Shown: positions 1 to 11,595 of the stretch, in pieces
How positions within the stretch are numbered: the stretch's first letter is position 1
How the letters are laid out: each line of letters starts with the position of its first letter
Assembly: GCA_964187785.1 (NCBI GenBank)
Contig: OZ076409.1
Span: forward strand, 90,770,001 to 90,834,000
Direction of reading: 5' to 3'
Length of the DNA stretch: 64,000 nt
From: Amphiscolops sp. MND2022
Lineage: Eukaryota
Notes under the pieces: generated by a model
Database searches by the model: none
What the model was told of the DNA's origin: nothing
What the model saw: only the letters and a program-made list of their open reading frames with translations
Position numbers and translations under genes: made by a program

Positions 1-62
1 GTAGTATTAGTTATCTCTATGGTGGTGGCCTTTACTTGATATTTTTCATGGTGTTGTTATAG

Positions 63-2934
63 GATTTCGGGATCTGTCCGCAAAGTTGAGTCCCAAGAAG
101 CGCAAGTACAGTAAGCGGAATCTTCTGAGTCGACGGATGCTTGACGAACATCCTACATTCAATGACTTCGTGACTGGTGCCGAAAGTGGGTCAGATGAGT
201 ACTTCTTCTGTCGGATGTGCAAGCGAGACGTTCCCATACGTGCTCACGGGGTGTCCGAGATCATCCGTCATTTCGGGTCAGTTGGACATTGGCGGCGTGA
301 TGTTACGTACAGGGTACATATGGATCTGCCTGTGTATAACAAGATTCTGGAGCCAATGATTCTCACCGAAACACAGTTGGCTGACTATCGTGCGCGGCCT
401 TTTGAAGATCTTGGTGTGGAATTTCCTTTCCCTGAGGATTTGTTGAAGCATTCACATCCAAACTCAAAAGTGCCTTTGATGACCCTAGTGTCAAGTGTTT
501 GTGAACTGGTTGGCACGGGTGGCGACTTTGTCTTGTTGCGACATCTCTGGGGCCACTTCACGTCTTCGTTGGGCTTCCGGGAGCCTCAATTCTCGATGAA
601 TTGGAGCCGCTCTGAGACTGTGGTTAGTCTGGTTTATGGTTGTTTCATAGACTGTTGTTTTGTGTTTTTATCTTTCCTCTGATTGTATGACTGACTGCTT
701 TAGTGTTTGTATCAGCAAATTGGCTTATTTGGTGTGTGTTTTAGGCCCTCCTTTGTCAGGGTCTCGCTCCGCGGGTATTGCGTGCCGTACTGGGCAATGT
801 GTCTTTGTCACGTGAATACAGTGTGGAGTTTGTAAAGCGCGATGGTCTCGAGTGTTGCTACGTAGTCTACTGGGAGGATGAGAATTTTAAAAGAATCTGC
901 GTGGATCAACAGCCGTTGGACCAGAAATTCCCTGATGCTGAGTTGGTTCCTCTTGCTCGGGTCCTGTGTAGTTTGACTGATGGGCCTCTGCCAATTTCGA
1001 TCCGTGGTTGTAGTCCGTTGTTATTCCGCGAGCTGTGTGAAAGCCGGGACGATACTCGCCAATTTGTGGTTGTGTCCACTTTCAGCAGCGATGTCTTTCT
1101 CCAGTGCTTTCGCCAAGCGCATCAGGATGTATTCGGGATGGTGGAGTTGGTCACATTGGTCGAATACATTGTGGTTCGGATGAAGAGTGCCATGTACGAG
1201 GAGTGGACGGAGGACAAGGTTGTCTTGCGCCGGTGTATCACCAAAGGAGTTGTGGCTTTTCAAGATCTTCGCGATTTAGTGGGCGAGTTGATCGAGCTGT
1301 GGCCATCGATAAAGCCGTATATTCGTTGTACCGGGCTTCCTCATGCTAAAGATACTGCTGATAAAGTAAGTTGGATATTCATAAATTCTCTTGGTATTGT
1401 GTGTTTCGTTATTTTGATGGCGGTGATTTTGTTTTTTTTAGCTGAAAGGCACTGATTGGAACATCATTGCTGATGAGATGTTTTTTCATCGTCTCGGGCT
1501 TTTACGTCTGATACTTGATACATGTGAGTAAGGGCTATTGAGTTCCGTTTGATATTCGTGATGATTGATTGTGCTTGTGTTGACTGAAGATTCACCTGAT
1601 GGATTGTTCTTGTAGCCTTTGCGTTTTCGTTGAATTGTGAGTATGTCTTGGAGTCGTAGCAGTTGGTTAGTGTCATTTGTGTTTTAGTCTATAACAATTT
1701 CACGAAGTTGCGACAGAGCCGTAGAGATTACAGTTTTCATTCATACGGAGAGCTCTGTAATTTCGTGTATTGCCTTTTGCTGAAGACTCGCGCTGTTGGA
1801 ACTCTTCCGGGCATTCACGAGTGGGAAAAATATATGTCGGCTGAGGCGATTTCATCTTTTCCCGTAGTGGCTCCAGACGCTTTCTTGGCAAATGATGAAT
1901 TCGGAAAAACTTTGATGGTTAGAACGACCGGAGAGCTGCCAGAGTTTCGTTCACGATGTCGACAGTTTCTGGACAGGTTGATCGTCGTGATTGTTGGTAG
2001 TGTGAGTGTGACATCGGGAGTGTCACGTTGTCTATACAGCTTCTGCCCTGAGATCTTGTTCGAAGGCGACGACCATGGTGTATTTGCCTTGTTTGCAGAT
2101 TTGTGCCGTTTATTGAAGACGTGTAATTTGATAACTGCTGAGGAGTCCCGCTGTGCTGTGGACGAGTTTAGCAGTTATGTGATTGAGAAGCGGGGTCAGC
2201 ACCGTAGTTCCGGGCAGTCTGCTAGCAGTGTCAAAGATATAGTGGAGTATTTGTTGGGCGATTTTAGTTTTCAGTCTCGAGACCGTTTGATGCGTATCTT
2301 TAAGCTCTGTTGTTTGACGATCGAGACCCTGGATGTGGTTTATCCATCTGTATCTATCAGCCTCAGTGGTAGTTCACTGCGTGAGGACGCGTTGCAGAAT
2401 TGTATCAAGTTGGTGCAGTCATATGTGTTAAGTCCTGGTTACTGTCATCAACGTTTCTTCACCGGTCAGACTATGGATGCAGTTCGAGCCGCTGTAGATG
2501 ATGCTGGGAATTTCTTTGTGTGTGGTGAGATCAATTTGTGGAAGGATTTCGTGGGCCCAACGTATGACTCGTTTGTTTCTTCCCACAATGAGTCGTGTCA
2601 CAAATTGTTGTTGCAGCGCCGGAAAGAGTACGAGGCGCATTATGTTGATTGTAATAAGACCAACCGGCTGGCTCGTATGGACCAATGTACTAGAACTGCT
2701 AGTAGTGATGCTGGGAGTGGGCGTTCGGGGTCATCTAAGCTTTCTTGTGGTTTATCTGTTGGAAAGAGTGCTGCGACCACTTCTGATGCGAAGAGACCTA
2801 AGCCGACACGTGAAGTGCCTGTAGTAACGCAGAAGGGTGGTGCCAGAGAAGTGAAAAAGCCGAAGAAAGGGAGCAAGAAAAATGATAAAGATCCGGACGT
2901 AGTCCATAAATTGAAAAAGCCTTCTAATAAGTGA
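63..2934 (+). CDS. Spliced antisense gene (exons 63-622, 745-1365, 1442-1523, 1688-2934; 5' exon(s) upstream of window); >=835-aa protein with PKKRK NLS, BED/TTF-like CxxC..H..H zinc finger and basic C-terminal tail
   Basis: GT-AG introns (gttagt 623/ag 744; gtaagt 1366/ag 1441; gtgagt 1524/ag 1687) join ORFs 86-682, 778-1455, a short 82-nt exon and 1663-2934 in frame with no stops. Motif FFCRMCKRDVPIRAHGVSEIIRHFGSVGH. Confidence 0.8.
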
Positions 2935-3107
2935 TGTAAACTGTGATGCTATTTCATCGATGGATAGTTTCCTTTGTATATTGTTTTATCTGCTGTTGTA
3001 TCTTTGGCTAATGTGTAGCTTTCTTTTGTTTTACGTAGTTTTAGAGATCTGATGCAAAAATTTAACGTAGCTACTCCGGTTCGGTTTAGCCCGTTGAGTG
3101 TTTTCAT

Positions 3108-6100
3108 TCAATATTGAGTTTGAGGTATTTCTTCTGTTGTGACTGCGTCAAGCATCCGGTAATCGGGATGTGCATTAGGCTTAGGATTAGGACGTAAGTT
3201 GTATCTTCCTGCTTTCCTCGGGTTGTATCCGACAACTATAGGCGGGAGTGTAGGCGGTATGGGAGGGCTTTCCGTAGGCGGTGGGGTCATTATGAAAGGG
3301 TTATCGCTGACATCTAGGTTGAGCGACGTTTCATTTCCGGGGGAATTTGTTCTGCTATTGAAGTTTCGTCTGCAGTTGTTATAACTGTTTCTTGTTCCGT
3401 TGTATTTGCGTCTTCCGCTGGCAGCTCTGTGATGTTAGCTTCTTCATTTTCTCTTTCCGATGAGTTGCCGAACAGAACTTCTCCGAATTCGGTTTCCCAA
3501 GCTTGCGCGTACCAATCATCATGGGTTGTTTTAACCTCGGGATCTGGAAGTTGATATTCCACTTTGACTGTTACGTCAGGTACTCGTTGATTGGGCGCGT
3601 ATAGCCTTAGGCGAATTCTATGGAGGGTTTGCGTATATCTTGTTCCCTTCTGTCTTACGACGTAATTGTTATTGGAAAGGACTTTGACCACTATATATGG
3701 TCCTGTCCAAATGCAATCTTTGAAAGCGAATTTCATTGACTGGTTATCAGCCTTCGGGTTCAGGACGTATCAATAGTCATTGATTTTCAATGGCGTTGCT
3801 GTCGCTTTTTTATCATAATATCGCCTATACTTCAAATATGATTGCATGAGGTTGTCCTTGGCTGACTGGTGGATTTCAGCGATTTGCTTTTGTAATTCGT
3901 CCGTAAGGTCTTCGTTAGCGTCTTTTTTCCATTCTGGCTTGAGTCCCAGCTTGATATCCAGAATGTTGTACGGAATGCGTCCGTGAAATACGGTTGTTGG
4001 TTCGCATCCTAGTCTTTCGTGGTAACTAGTGTTGTAGTTCATTACTGCAATTTGTACGTATTTGTGCCACATCGAACGGCGTTCTCCCGTTGATATTTTG
4101 AGGGAAGTCTTTACGGATGCATGCGTTCTCTCGAGTATTCCAATCGTTTGTGCATGTTTCGTCGATGCGTGGCTAATCCGTATGTCCAGTGTTTGTGCTA
4201 TTTGGTTCACGACATCTGATCGGAATTGTGATCCTTTATCAGTCAGAATCACTGTAGGCAGATAACAGTGACGTGTCATAACGTCAATTATGCATCGTCC
4301 GACTGTTCTGGCAGTCATGTCTTGAGTGGGGTATGCGAACAAATAACGGGAGAAAACGTCCATCATGGTTATGATGTGTTTGTAGCCATTTGATGAGGGT
4401 AGATTGGGTAGAATATCGACTTCTAGACAATCTTCTGGTCCGAATGTGAATTCTGTATTACTCAGCATTTTAGGACGTATTTGGCGCGTGTCGATTCGTT
4501 TGTTGGCTATGCAATCTGGGCAGTTGATTACCCAGGCTCTAATTTTCCGCGCTAGTCCCGGATAGTAGTACTTTGCTCGGCTTTCCTGAATCATTTTGGT
4601 TATTCCTGGGTGTTTGTTCATTTTTCCATGTAGCGTCGATAGGAGTTCTGGTACTATATGTTTCGGTATGAGGATTTGGTGATGTGTTACTGTGCCATCT
4701 TCTCCGTAGTATTTACGCATGAGTACTCCGTCTTTGACTATTATTCTTTCTTCGTGACGTAGTAGGTTTCGTCCTCTGGGTTCGGTCTTGGGAAGGTGTT
4801 TGTCGTACTCTTCGTGAAGCAGCCGTAGTTTCAATGCTTTCAATATCGGGTCCGCGTCCTGTTCGTTGCGGATGCGGGCGTTTTCCTTGATGGCTCCAAA
4901 GGCGTATACTGCTGAGTTGAGAGGTATGTGCACTGTTTCTGTGACTTCTGTTGTCAAGTTTTGTTGTTCCTTTTCGTCTATTGCTCGTTGTTTGCTAAGG
5001 GCTTTCCTGGCGAAAATTTCTTGTTCTGATTCCTCTTCTTCGTCTGGCAGGAAAAAGAGTTGTTCTTCGTCCGCAACATCTGTAGACTGTAGGTTAACCT
5101 CGATAGGTGCCGTTATGATGTCGTCTCGCAATTTGAGTTGGATTCTCTCTTTTGGAGTTAATTCGAGGCGAGACAGGAAGTCGGCTGCTGTATTTTGCGA
5201 GCCAGCTACGTGCATGATGCGGAATTTGAACTGGAGTACATAGTCGCAGGCATTCCAGAGAGCGGGTGGCGTTGTTTTCGTCTGGAAAAATCTCGTTACT
5301 GATCTGTTGTCTGTCAGTACTAGTGTAGGTAGTGTTGTTTCCCAGAGAATGTGACTATATTCAAGGAATGCATGATATATTGCGAGGAATTCTTTACAGT
5401 ATATCGACATCTTCAGTTGTGACGGAGAGAACACGCGTGATCCGAAAGCTACAGGGGCGAAGGTTTTTCTTTTGGAGAGTAGTTTTTTGTCGTCGTTTTC
5501 TTCGATCATGAGCGCATATCCGGATGCTCGGAAGCTAGCATCCGTCATCAGTACATATTGTTTTCCTGCAATCGGCTGTCTGAGTGCAAGTCCGCAGGCT
5601 TCCGCTAGGCTCGCGTTAATCGCTTTGAAGTTGTCGACTAGTTCTTCAGATATGGTGATTTTGGCATCTGCTTTTAGGAGTTCGTACATTCCAATCATTT
5701 TTTCGGACAATCTTGGTATGTAGTTTCTGTAGTAGTTGATGAATCCAATGTATTTCTGGACTTGTTTCTTTGACCGGGGAAATCTGATTTTTGACAAGAA
5801 ACTGGTGATTTTGTGGTCTTGCGGTGCTACTCCGTGGGGTGTGATGGTTCTTCCCAGGAATTCGATTTGGGTGACACCAAAGTGGTATTTTTCAATTGTG
5901 AGTTTTAGTCCTGCCTTGCGGATGCATTTGAAGACTGCTCTGATGTTCTTAATGAGTTGTTCCGTTGTGTTGGCGGCGATTCCAATGTCGTCCACATATT
6001 GGGCACACTGGTCTGCTTTGATGACGGTGTCGAGGTATTCCCGCATGAAGCTCGAAAAGGCTGTCAAGGCTCTACTAAGGCCTTGGGCTAGCCTACGATA

Positions 6101-8317
6101 GGCAAACGTTCTACTAGCAAAATTAAATGCAAGGAGTTCTACTGACCTTTGATCTGCCATTTGGAGGCAGTGATAGGCTTGTGAGCAATCTAGTTTGCAG
6201 AACAGCTGCTTCCCCGCTAGGTGTTGTGCGGCATCTGAGAGGGTGCTGATGGGGTGGTTGTTGTTTATGTAGTCATCTGAGATGAGGGCGTTGATCTTCC
6301 GTAAGTCCACTAGGAGCCGTAGTTTGCCGTTGGGTTTGCGTTGCGCGAAGATGGGGCTGGCATATTTCGAGAATGGGAGGGTTGTGATGATCCCGTATTT
6401 GTGCATCAGTGCCAATTCTACTGTGAGGTCGTCTTTGAGGTTGATGGGTACGGGGAGACTCTGTGTATATACCGGTTTGTCGTTTTTGGGAGTTGGGCAT
6501 ACCTTGAACTGGTTGTTCATTCCGATGTCCAGTCGGTGACGTGCAAAAATGTCATTGAATTCGACTAGGGTGGACTCTAGGTTTTCACGGTCTTCTCCCG
6601 TTATTAGTGAATCATTCCATTTGAATAGCGAGGGGAATTGTGTTCTGGATTTTTCGTCTTGTTTGGGGTCCAGTTCTTCTAATCTTTGTAGTTCGCGTAG
6701 TTCTCGTAGAATGCGTTGTTGGATGGGTGTGTGTTCCGATTCATCTCCGGGATTTTCGGGAGTTGGGAACCAGAATTTCTCTTCTGTTTGTTCTGACGAA
6801 TCAACTTGCATCAGTGCATTAACGTACGCAACAACATCGTCGTGTTCGGTGAGTAGATTGAGGGCTGCTATGTCTACTGCTCGTATCAATTTCGTTTCTT
6901 CGGGTTTCAGTATTTGTAATTCTGCTAGTTTCGTATGTGGCGTTACTGTATAGGGGAAGTCTGTGGTGTTCGCTATTTTTATCGCGACTCGTTTGTCTCG
7001 GGCTGTTGTTATTGCTGGGGCTACTATGAGTTTTGCATTTTCGTCGAACTGTGGCAAAGGTTGGACTGTCCCAGTTATTGAGTGGTCATTGCTTGTGGTG
7101 ATGGAAGCGTGGATGATCCGCGTGGCTTGGGCTGGTATGGTGTGTTTTTCTTCCGTCTTGATAGTGATGGGTTTGGGGTTGCACTTTTGTCTTTCATCTT
7201 TTAGGGCTAGAGTGATTTGTATTTTAGGAAAGTCTATTGTTCCTTGTGCAGTGTCTAGGATTGCGGAATGCTTCCGGAGGAATGCCAGGCCAATGATTGG
7301 GTAAGATGTTTTGGTCATGATGATGAAAGTTTCTTCGAACGCGTATTCCCCGATTTTGAATTGCATTGTGTATGTTGCACGGGCTTTTTCGAGTTCTGTG
7401 TTGGCATATTGTATCTTGAAAGGGGGTGGAGGTGCTTTAGCGATTATGGTTGCGTTGGCTTCAGTTTGTATCTTGTCTGCATCTCTTTCACTGATGACGT
7501 TGATGTAGGCTCCCGAGTCGACTAATGCATCAATTCTAGTGTTTTCAAAGTCGAGAGGAATAAAGAGCATTCTTTTCTTCTTTTTGAGGGTAATTGCCGA
7601 CATTAACGGAATGTAGTCGTCGTCTTTATCATGTTGTATGAATTCTTTTATGATGTTGAGATCATATGGCAGTTGTTGTGAGCATTCCGTTACTTCGTCG
7701 TCTGCATGATTGTTGTCCTGAGTTGGCAATTCGGATGCTATTGTTGGTGGTGATACTGTTTGATCATCTACTCCTCGTTGTTCTTTTGCCTGTTGTGTCC
7801 ATATTGTTTTATCCTCGATGCAGATGATGTTCTCTGCATCTATTGGTGTGGACGTGGTAGTGGCGGGTGTTGGCGAGGACTGTGTTGTCTTTTTTAGGAT
7901 TGGTGACAAAGGTGTTGGTAGGGTTGTACTCTCGGTGACTTGAGCCTGAGGATTTGAAACTTGGATCTTAAAAGAGAGTTTGTTTGTGTCATAGATGGTT
8001 GGTTCATCCCAGGGATCACATCTATAGTCTCTATCATATATGTAAATGCGTTCTGTCTTTGATTCTGGTAAGGGTCTTTTTAGTGTCGCGTAGTTATCGG
8101 GCGATTCTGTTATCCATTGGGGTAGTGGTGTTGGGTCTTCTGGGTGTCGTGCATTGTGTCTAAGTATCATGCCTACGTTCCAACGACGTTGCCAATCCTG
8201 TGTTGGTTCTTCGTTGCATTCGGTCATGAAGTCTTCTTCGTAGCGATTTGGAGGGTCTTCTATTGTGTACGCCCTTGCGTCTACCGTTTCCCCGAAGCGG
8301 AGGCGCGGCGTTTTCAG
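3108..8317 (-). CDS. pol: Gypsy Pol polyprotein (aspartic protease, dUTPase-like spacer, RT, RNase H, integrase with GPY/F tail); one premature stop at 3770-3772 and a probable frameshift near 3360
   Basis: ORF 3770-8227 contains LVDSGA (PR), YVDD (RT), MTDAS (RH), H-H-C-C plus DDE core (IN). The frame continues past TGA into WTGPYIVVKV (ORF 3314-3736); the tail ORF is 3108-3290. Confidence 0.95.
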
Positions 8318-8323
8318 TTTTTT
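8265..8323 (-). promoter_or_regulatory. Programmed -1 ribosomal frameshift signal (A AAA AAC slippery heptamer + GC-rich stem-loop)
   Basis: The heptamer at 8317-8323 immediately precedes the gag stop. The -1 frame is open and in frame with the pol ATG at 8227. Downstream acgcc...ggcgt / ccg...cgg can pair. Confidence 0.8.
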
Positions 8324-9726
8324 GGCTGAATTTCGACAGTGGGGATCGGTTGTTCACTGATTTGGCTGGTAGGTATGGCAAATTCATGGCGTTTCTTTCT
8401 GGGGTCATTTGCCGCATTAGCTCCGTACCAGCAGTTTTCAGTTTTGTGAAGTTTTCCACATGTGTCACATTTAGGTTTGGGCGGGTCATTTGTATTGGTA
8501 GCACCGTTTTGCGCTTTAGTTTCGTAGTAGCGTTCTTTGCGGAGTTTTCTACATTGGGCTTTGTAGTGGCCGTATTTGCCACAGTGGAAGCAGTTTCCTC
8601 GTAGGGTGGGCTCTTTTTTCGGTTCCGGGGGAGCAACGTCGACCGTGTTTAGTGGAACTAGTATTGTTTCGTCTGGGGCGCCCAGGCCATTGAGGCGCAT
8701 CTCTCTTTCGAGATGGAGGACAATGTCGTTGTACGGCTTGTCTTCGAGGTAGGCACGGTTGAGAATCTTTTTGACATGGTCCGGCATTTTGGCGTATATG
8801 GCCTTGTCTATAAATTTTTGTGCTTCAGAGCCGAACGCTTCTTTAGCCGTTTTTTGCAGTGTATCCAAAAATTCATGTAATTTTTGTTTGGTTGGGTCAA
8901 AATGTAGCGAGTCCCATTCGCATCTCGCTTTGGCAGAAGATTAAAAATCTCCGAAGCGCCGTTTAAACGCCGTAATTACCTCCTCTAAGTTATCTTTTTT
9001 GGCATCGTCTAAGTTGCAATATGCTTGTAGTGCATTGCCTCGTAGTAGCGAGTGGAAGTAGTTGATTTTTTGGATTTCTGTTAGATGTGGGTACATTTTT
9101 ATGTTGTTCCGGAATAAGTCCTCGAAAAGTTCGAATTTTTCTGACTTACCATCGAATACAGGCAATGATGCAGTGAGTGCTTTGGGCATTGAGGGTAGTT
9201 GGGGCGGCTGGTGTATTTCCGGTTGGGGAGCGAAGAGTAGTCGTGATGTCGAAGGACGTTCGTTGGGTGGCAAACTTTGTGGGCGATGCGGTCGTGTTTT
9301 CTTCTTTCCGAGGTTCGTTGAGTCATTGAGGACTCCTGTCACCATGTTACGACTTTTTATCGGGGTGGTTTTACGAGTAGTCGCAGTGGTTTTAGTTTTT
9401 ATTGGTGTTGATGTCGCATTTTCCGGGATGTTCTCGGGATCAGAATCAGTTTCTTCGGATGCTCTGGCTTCAGCATGCTTTTTAGTTACTGGGGCTATTA
9501 GTTTTAACATTTCCTTTTGGTTCTCAGCTAAGATCTTAGTGAGGTCAGACATGATTTCTTTTCTCAGCACAGATTTTATATTCTCTAAACTGTCAGTAGT
9601 GACTTTAGGAGATTTGCTTGTACCTACTATAGGATTTTCGCCCGTAGTATTTTCGGGTAGAGGAGTTTCTATTTCAGTTGAAATAAGCTCTTCAGCTGCT
9701 TTTCTCTTTTGGCTTCTAGTAGTCAT
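8314..9726 (-). CDS. gag: Gag with two zinc knuckles; one in-frame TAA at 8941-8943
   Basis: ORFs 8941-9726 and 8314-8868 are in the same frame. LPVFDGKSEKFELFEDLF capsid-like motif; knuckles CFHCGKYGHYKAQC and CDTCGKLHKTENC. The related copy has CAG (26302-26304) at the stop position. Confidence 0.92.
9332..9344 (-). promoter_or_regulatory. Primer-binding site, tRNA-Leu-like (TGGTGACAGGAGT)
   Basis: Directly follows the LTR end ...CGTAACA on the minus strand, resembles the Leu-tRNA PBS TGGTGTCAGGAGT, and is identical in the second copy (25902-25914). Confidence 0.7.
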
Positions 9727-11520
9727 TTTCAGAGTTCAAGAACAAGGTCTTCGGAAAATATTTGAATTCGTCGAAGAATGAGTTTTCGTTATTATAACGG
9801 AACAAAATTGATCGCAGTGAAACAAAAGGGTTGATTGATTTTTACATGAGATTTCTAACTATATATACCCTCTCAGCATCATTTGTTCCTCACCTAAAAA
9901 TTCCTAGGAATCCCTAAAATCCGTTTTGTTCATAAAAAATGCTTAATCATTCATATCATTTCAGCCTTTCAATTAATTGTTCATAATTTAAAATTCCTAG
10001 TTACGGCAATCTTACGGAGTACTTGTTGAAATCATTTTTGTTCAGTTGTCCCGTTTCCGGTTTAATCACGGAAAAGGCGGCAAAATAAAAGTCTAGTTAG
10101 ATTTTCATCGCAAGAGGCACGCTGGCGTGAACGATGATTCAGTTTGCGTGCGATGAAATTTTCAACTCGCTATAAAAATGATGACAAGCAAAATTTGCTA
10201 CGGAAATATCTCGGACTAATTTCGGATTAATGAAGTGAGATATTTGACAAGGAACAAGTGATGCTGAAAAGGTGATAAACATAAACAAGAATTCTGATTA
10301 TTGAAGAAACATTCTGATTATTGAAGAAACAAGAATATCTGGCAACATGACAGAAACATCTAACAATATTTTACATGATTCGATTTTATAGCGAATAATC
10401 AAAATAACAAAATATTGCATTACATCCAGTAACGTTATACCAACGTAGCCAAATTAGGTGACTTCTTTTGCGAAAATATAATACAAAGCTCCTTCATTAA
10501 GTGATTTACCTTTATCTTAACTAACAGCACGAACATTCTAATCTAATCACTAAACGGGGAGAATCTGGGTGGAAAAAGTAAAGCCTTATGATAATTTAAA
10601 TATCTCAAAATAATTCTACATGACCTCAGGAACATCCTAATGTATTTGGATAGCTTCTGAGTTTTAGAATTTTCCACGCTTGTCTTACATGTATTAACAT
10701 TAGGTATAACTTCACCTAATACAATTCACTCCGTAAACGCTCCGTAAATGCTCCCTACGTATTAAGATTGGCTATAATTTTCTCGGCTTACAATTTGTTC
10801 CGTAAGCACTCCGTACATATTAAGATTGAGTATAGCTTTCTTAGCTGTTAGCGGAGCAAGCTCGGAGTAATTCGCCATCTTTAAATTCATTCTTAATGAC
10901 GTCATTAGGAATGGTTCTAACTAGCTTGAGCGCAAATTTGCTGGTATTAGCTACAACGCTATTGGTCCGTAAGTTAGAAATACCAGCAACTTAGATATTT
11001 GAGTGACGCTGTCATAACGTTATAAAGGTTTATTCAAATTACTTGACTGTATTTTGAGTGGCTTTTTACAACTACTTCAAACTCTGAAAACAAATCTCCT
11101 TAACTGTTTCTATGTTCTTTTCATTTTAGATTGTATGCGTTCCTTTGGGATCACGGAATTAGATAATGTTTTAATGTTTTCTTTTTAGTGTGGAAAGGAG
11201 AAAAATTGATCCCAATGTTAAGAATGTTTTCATCTTTAGTATTTAGATTGTCATGGAATTTTCAACAGTTAAAACCGGAAGTAAATTAAACTGTTGCATG
11301 TGAAAACATTGGACCGGAAATTCTATTTGTCAGAAATCATTTTTGGATATTTTACGTTACATTTCCGCTCAACTTAACTCGTGCTGCGGTTTAGATAAAG
11401 GTAAGATTTAAAAGTGTTTATTACTTTAGTGTCCCGCTGGTCTTCCGTGACCTCTCCCTCTAGCGAATTTGGGTATTCCCCCACAGCAGGTAAAATCCCG
11501 ACCGGGAGCGGGTCGTGACA
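9345..11520 (-). repeat. 5' LTR (2176 bp)
   Basis: Inverted termini TGTTACGAC (9345) / GTCGTGACA (11520), 8/9 match. Adjacent PBS; homologous to 24400-25901. Confidence 0.75.
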
Positions 11521-11595
11521 ACGATTATGTGTAAATCTATGTTCTGTATTATTTGCATTTTAGCAGAAAATGCGCACAACTATTATAGTGGCATG

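Larger units (their letters stand above)
1..11520 (-). mobile_element. Ty3/Gypsy LTR retrotransposon (5' LTR, gag, pol, antisense accessory gene); 3' LTR not in window
   Basis: LTR with TG..CA inverted termini, PBS, Gag with CCHC knuckles and pol domain order PR-RT-RH-IN. The left boundary is inferred: there is no second LTR or PPT between the end of pol (3108) and position 1. Confidence 0.85.

Noticed and set aside
778..2934. env gene interpretation of the extra ORFs after pol
   Set aside because: They are on the opposite strand, the hydrophobic ORF ends are intron read-through, and the spliced product has an NLS and zinc finger rather than signal/fusion/TM segments.
8160..8636. 158-aa alternative-frame ORF over the gag/pol junction
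   Set aside because: The junction is explained by the -1 frameshift and this third frame has no motifs.
9062..9781. 239-aa plus-strand ORF antisense to gag
   Set aside because: Shadow ORF of the A/C-rich gag strand with no recognisable motif; the many short ORFs opposite pol were rejected for the same reason.
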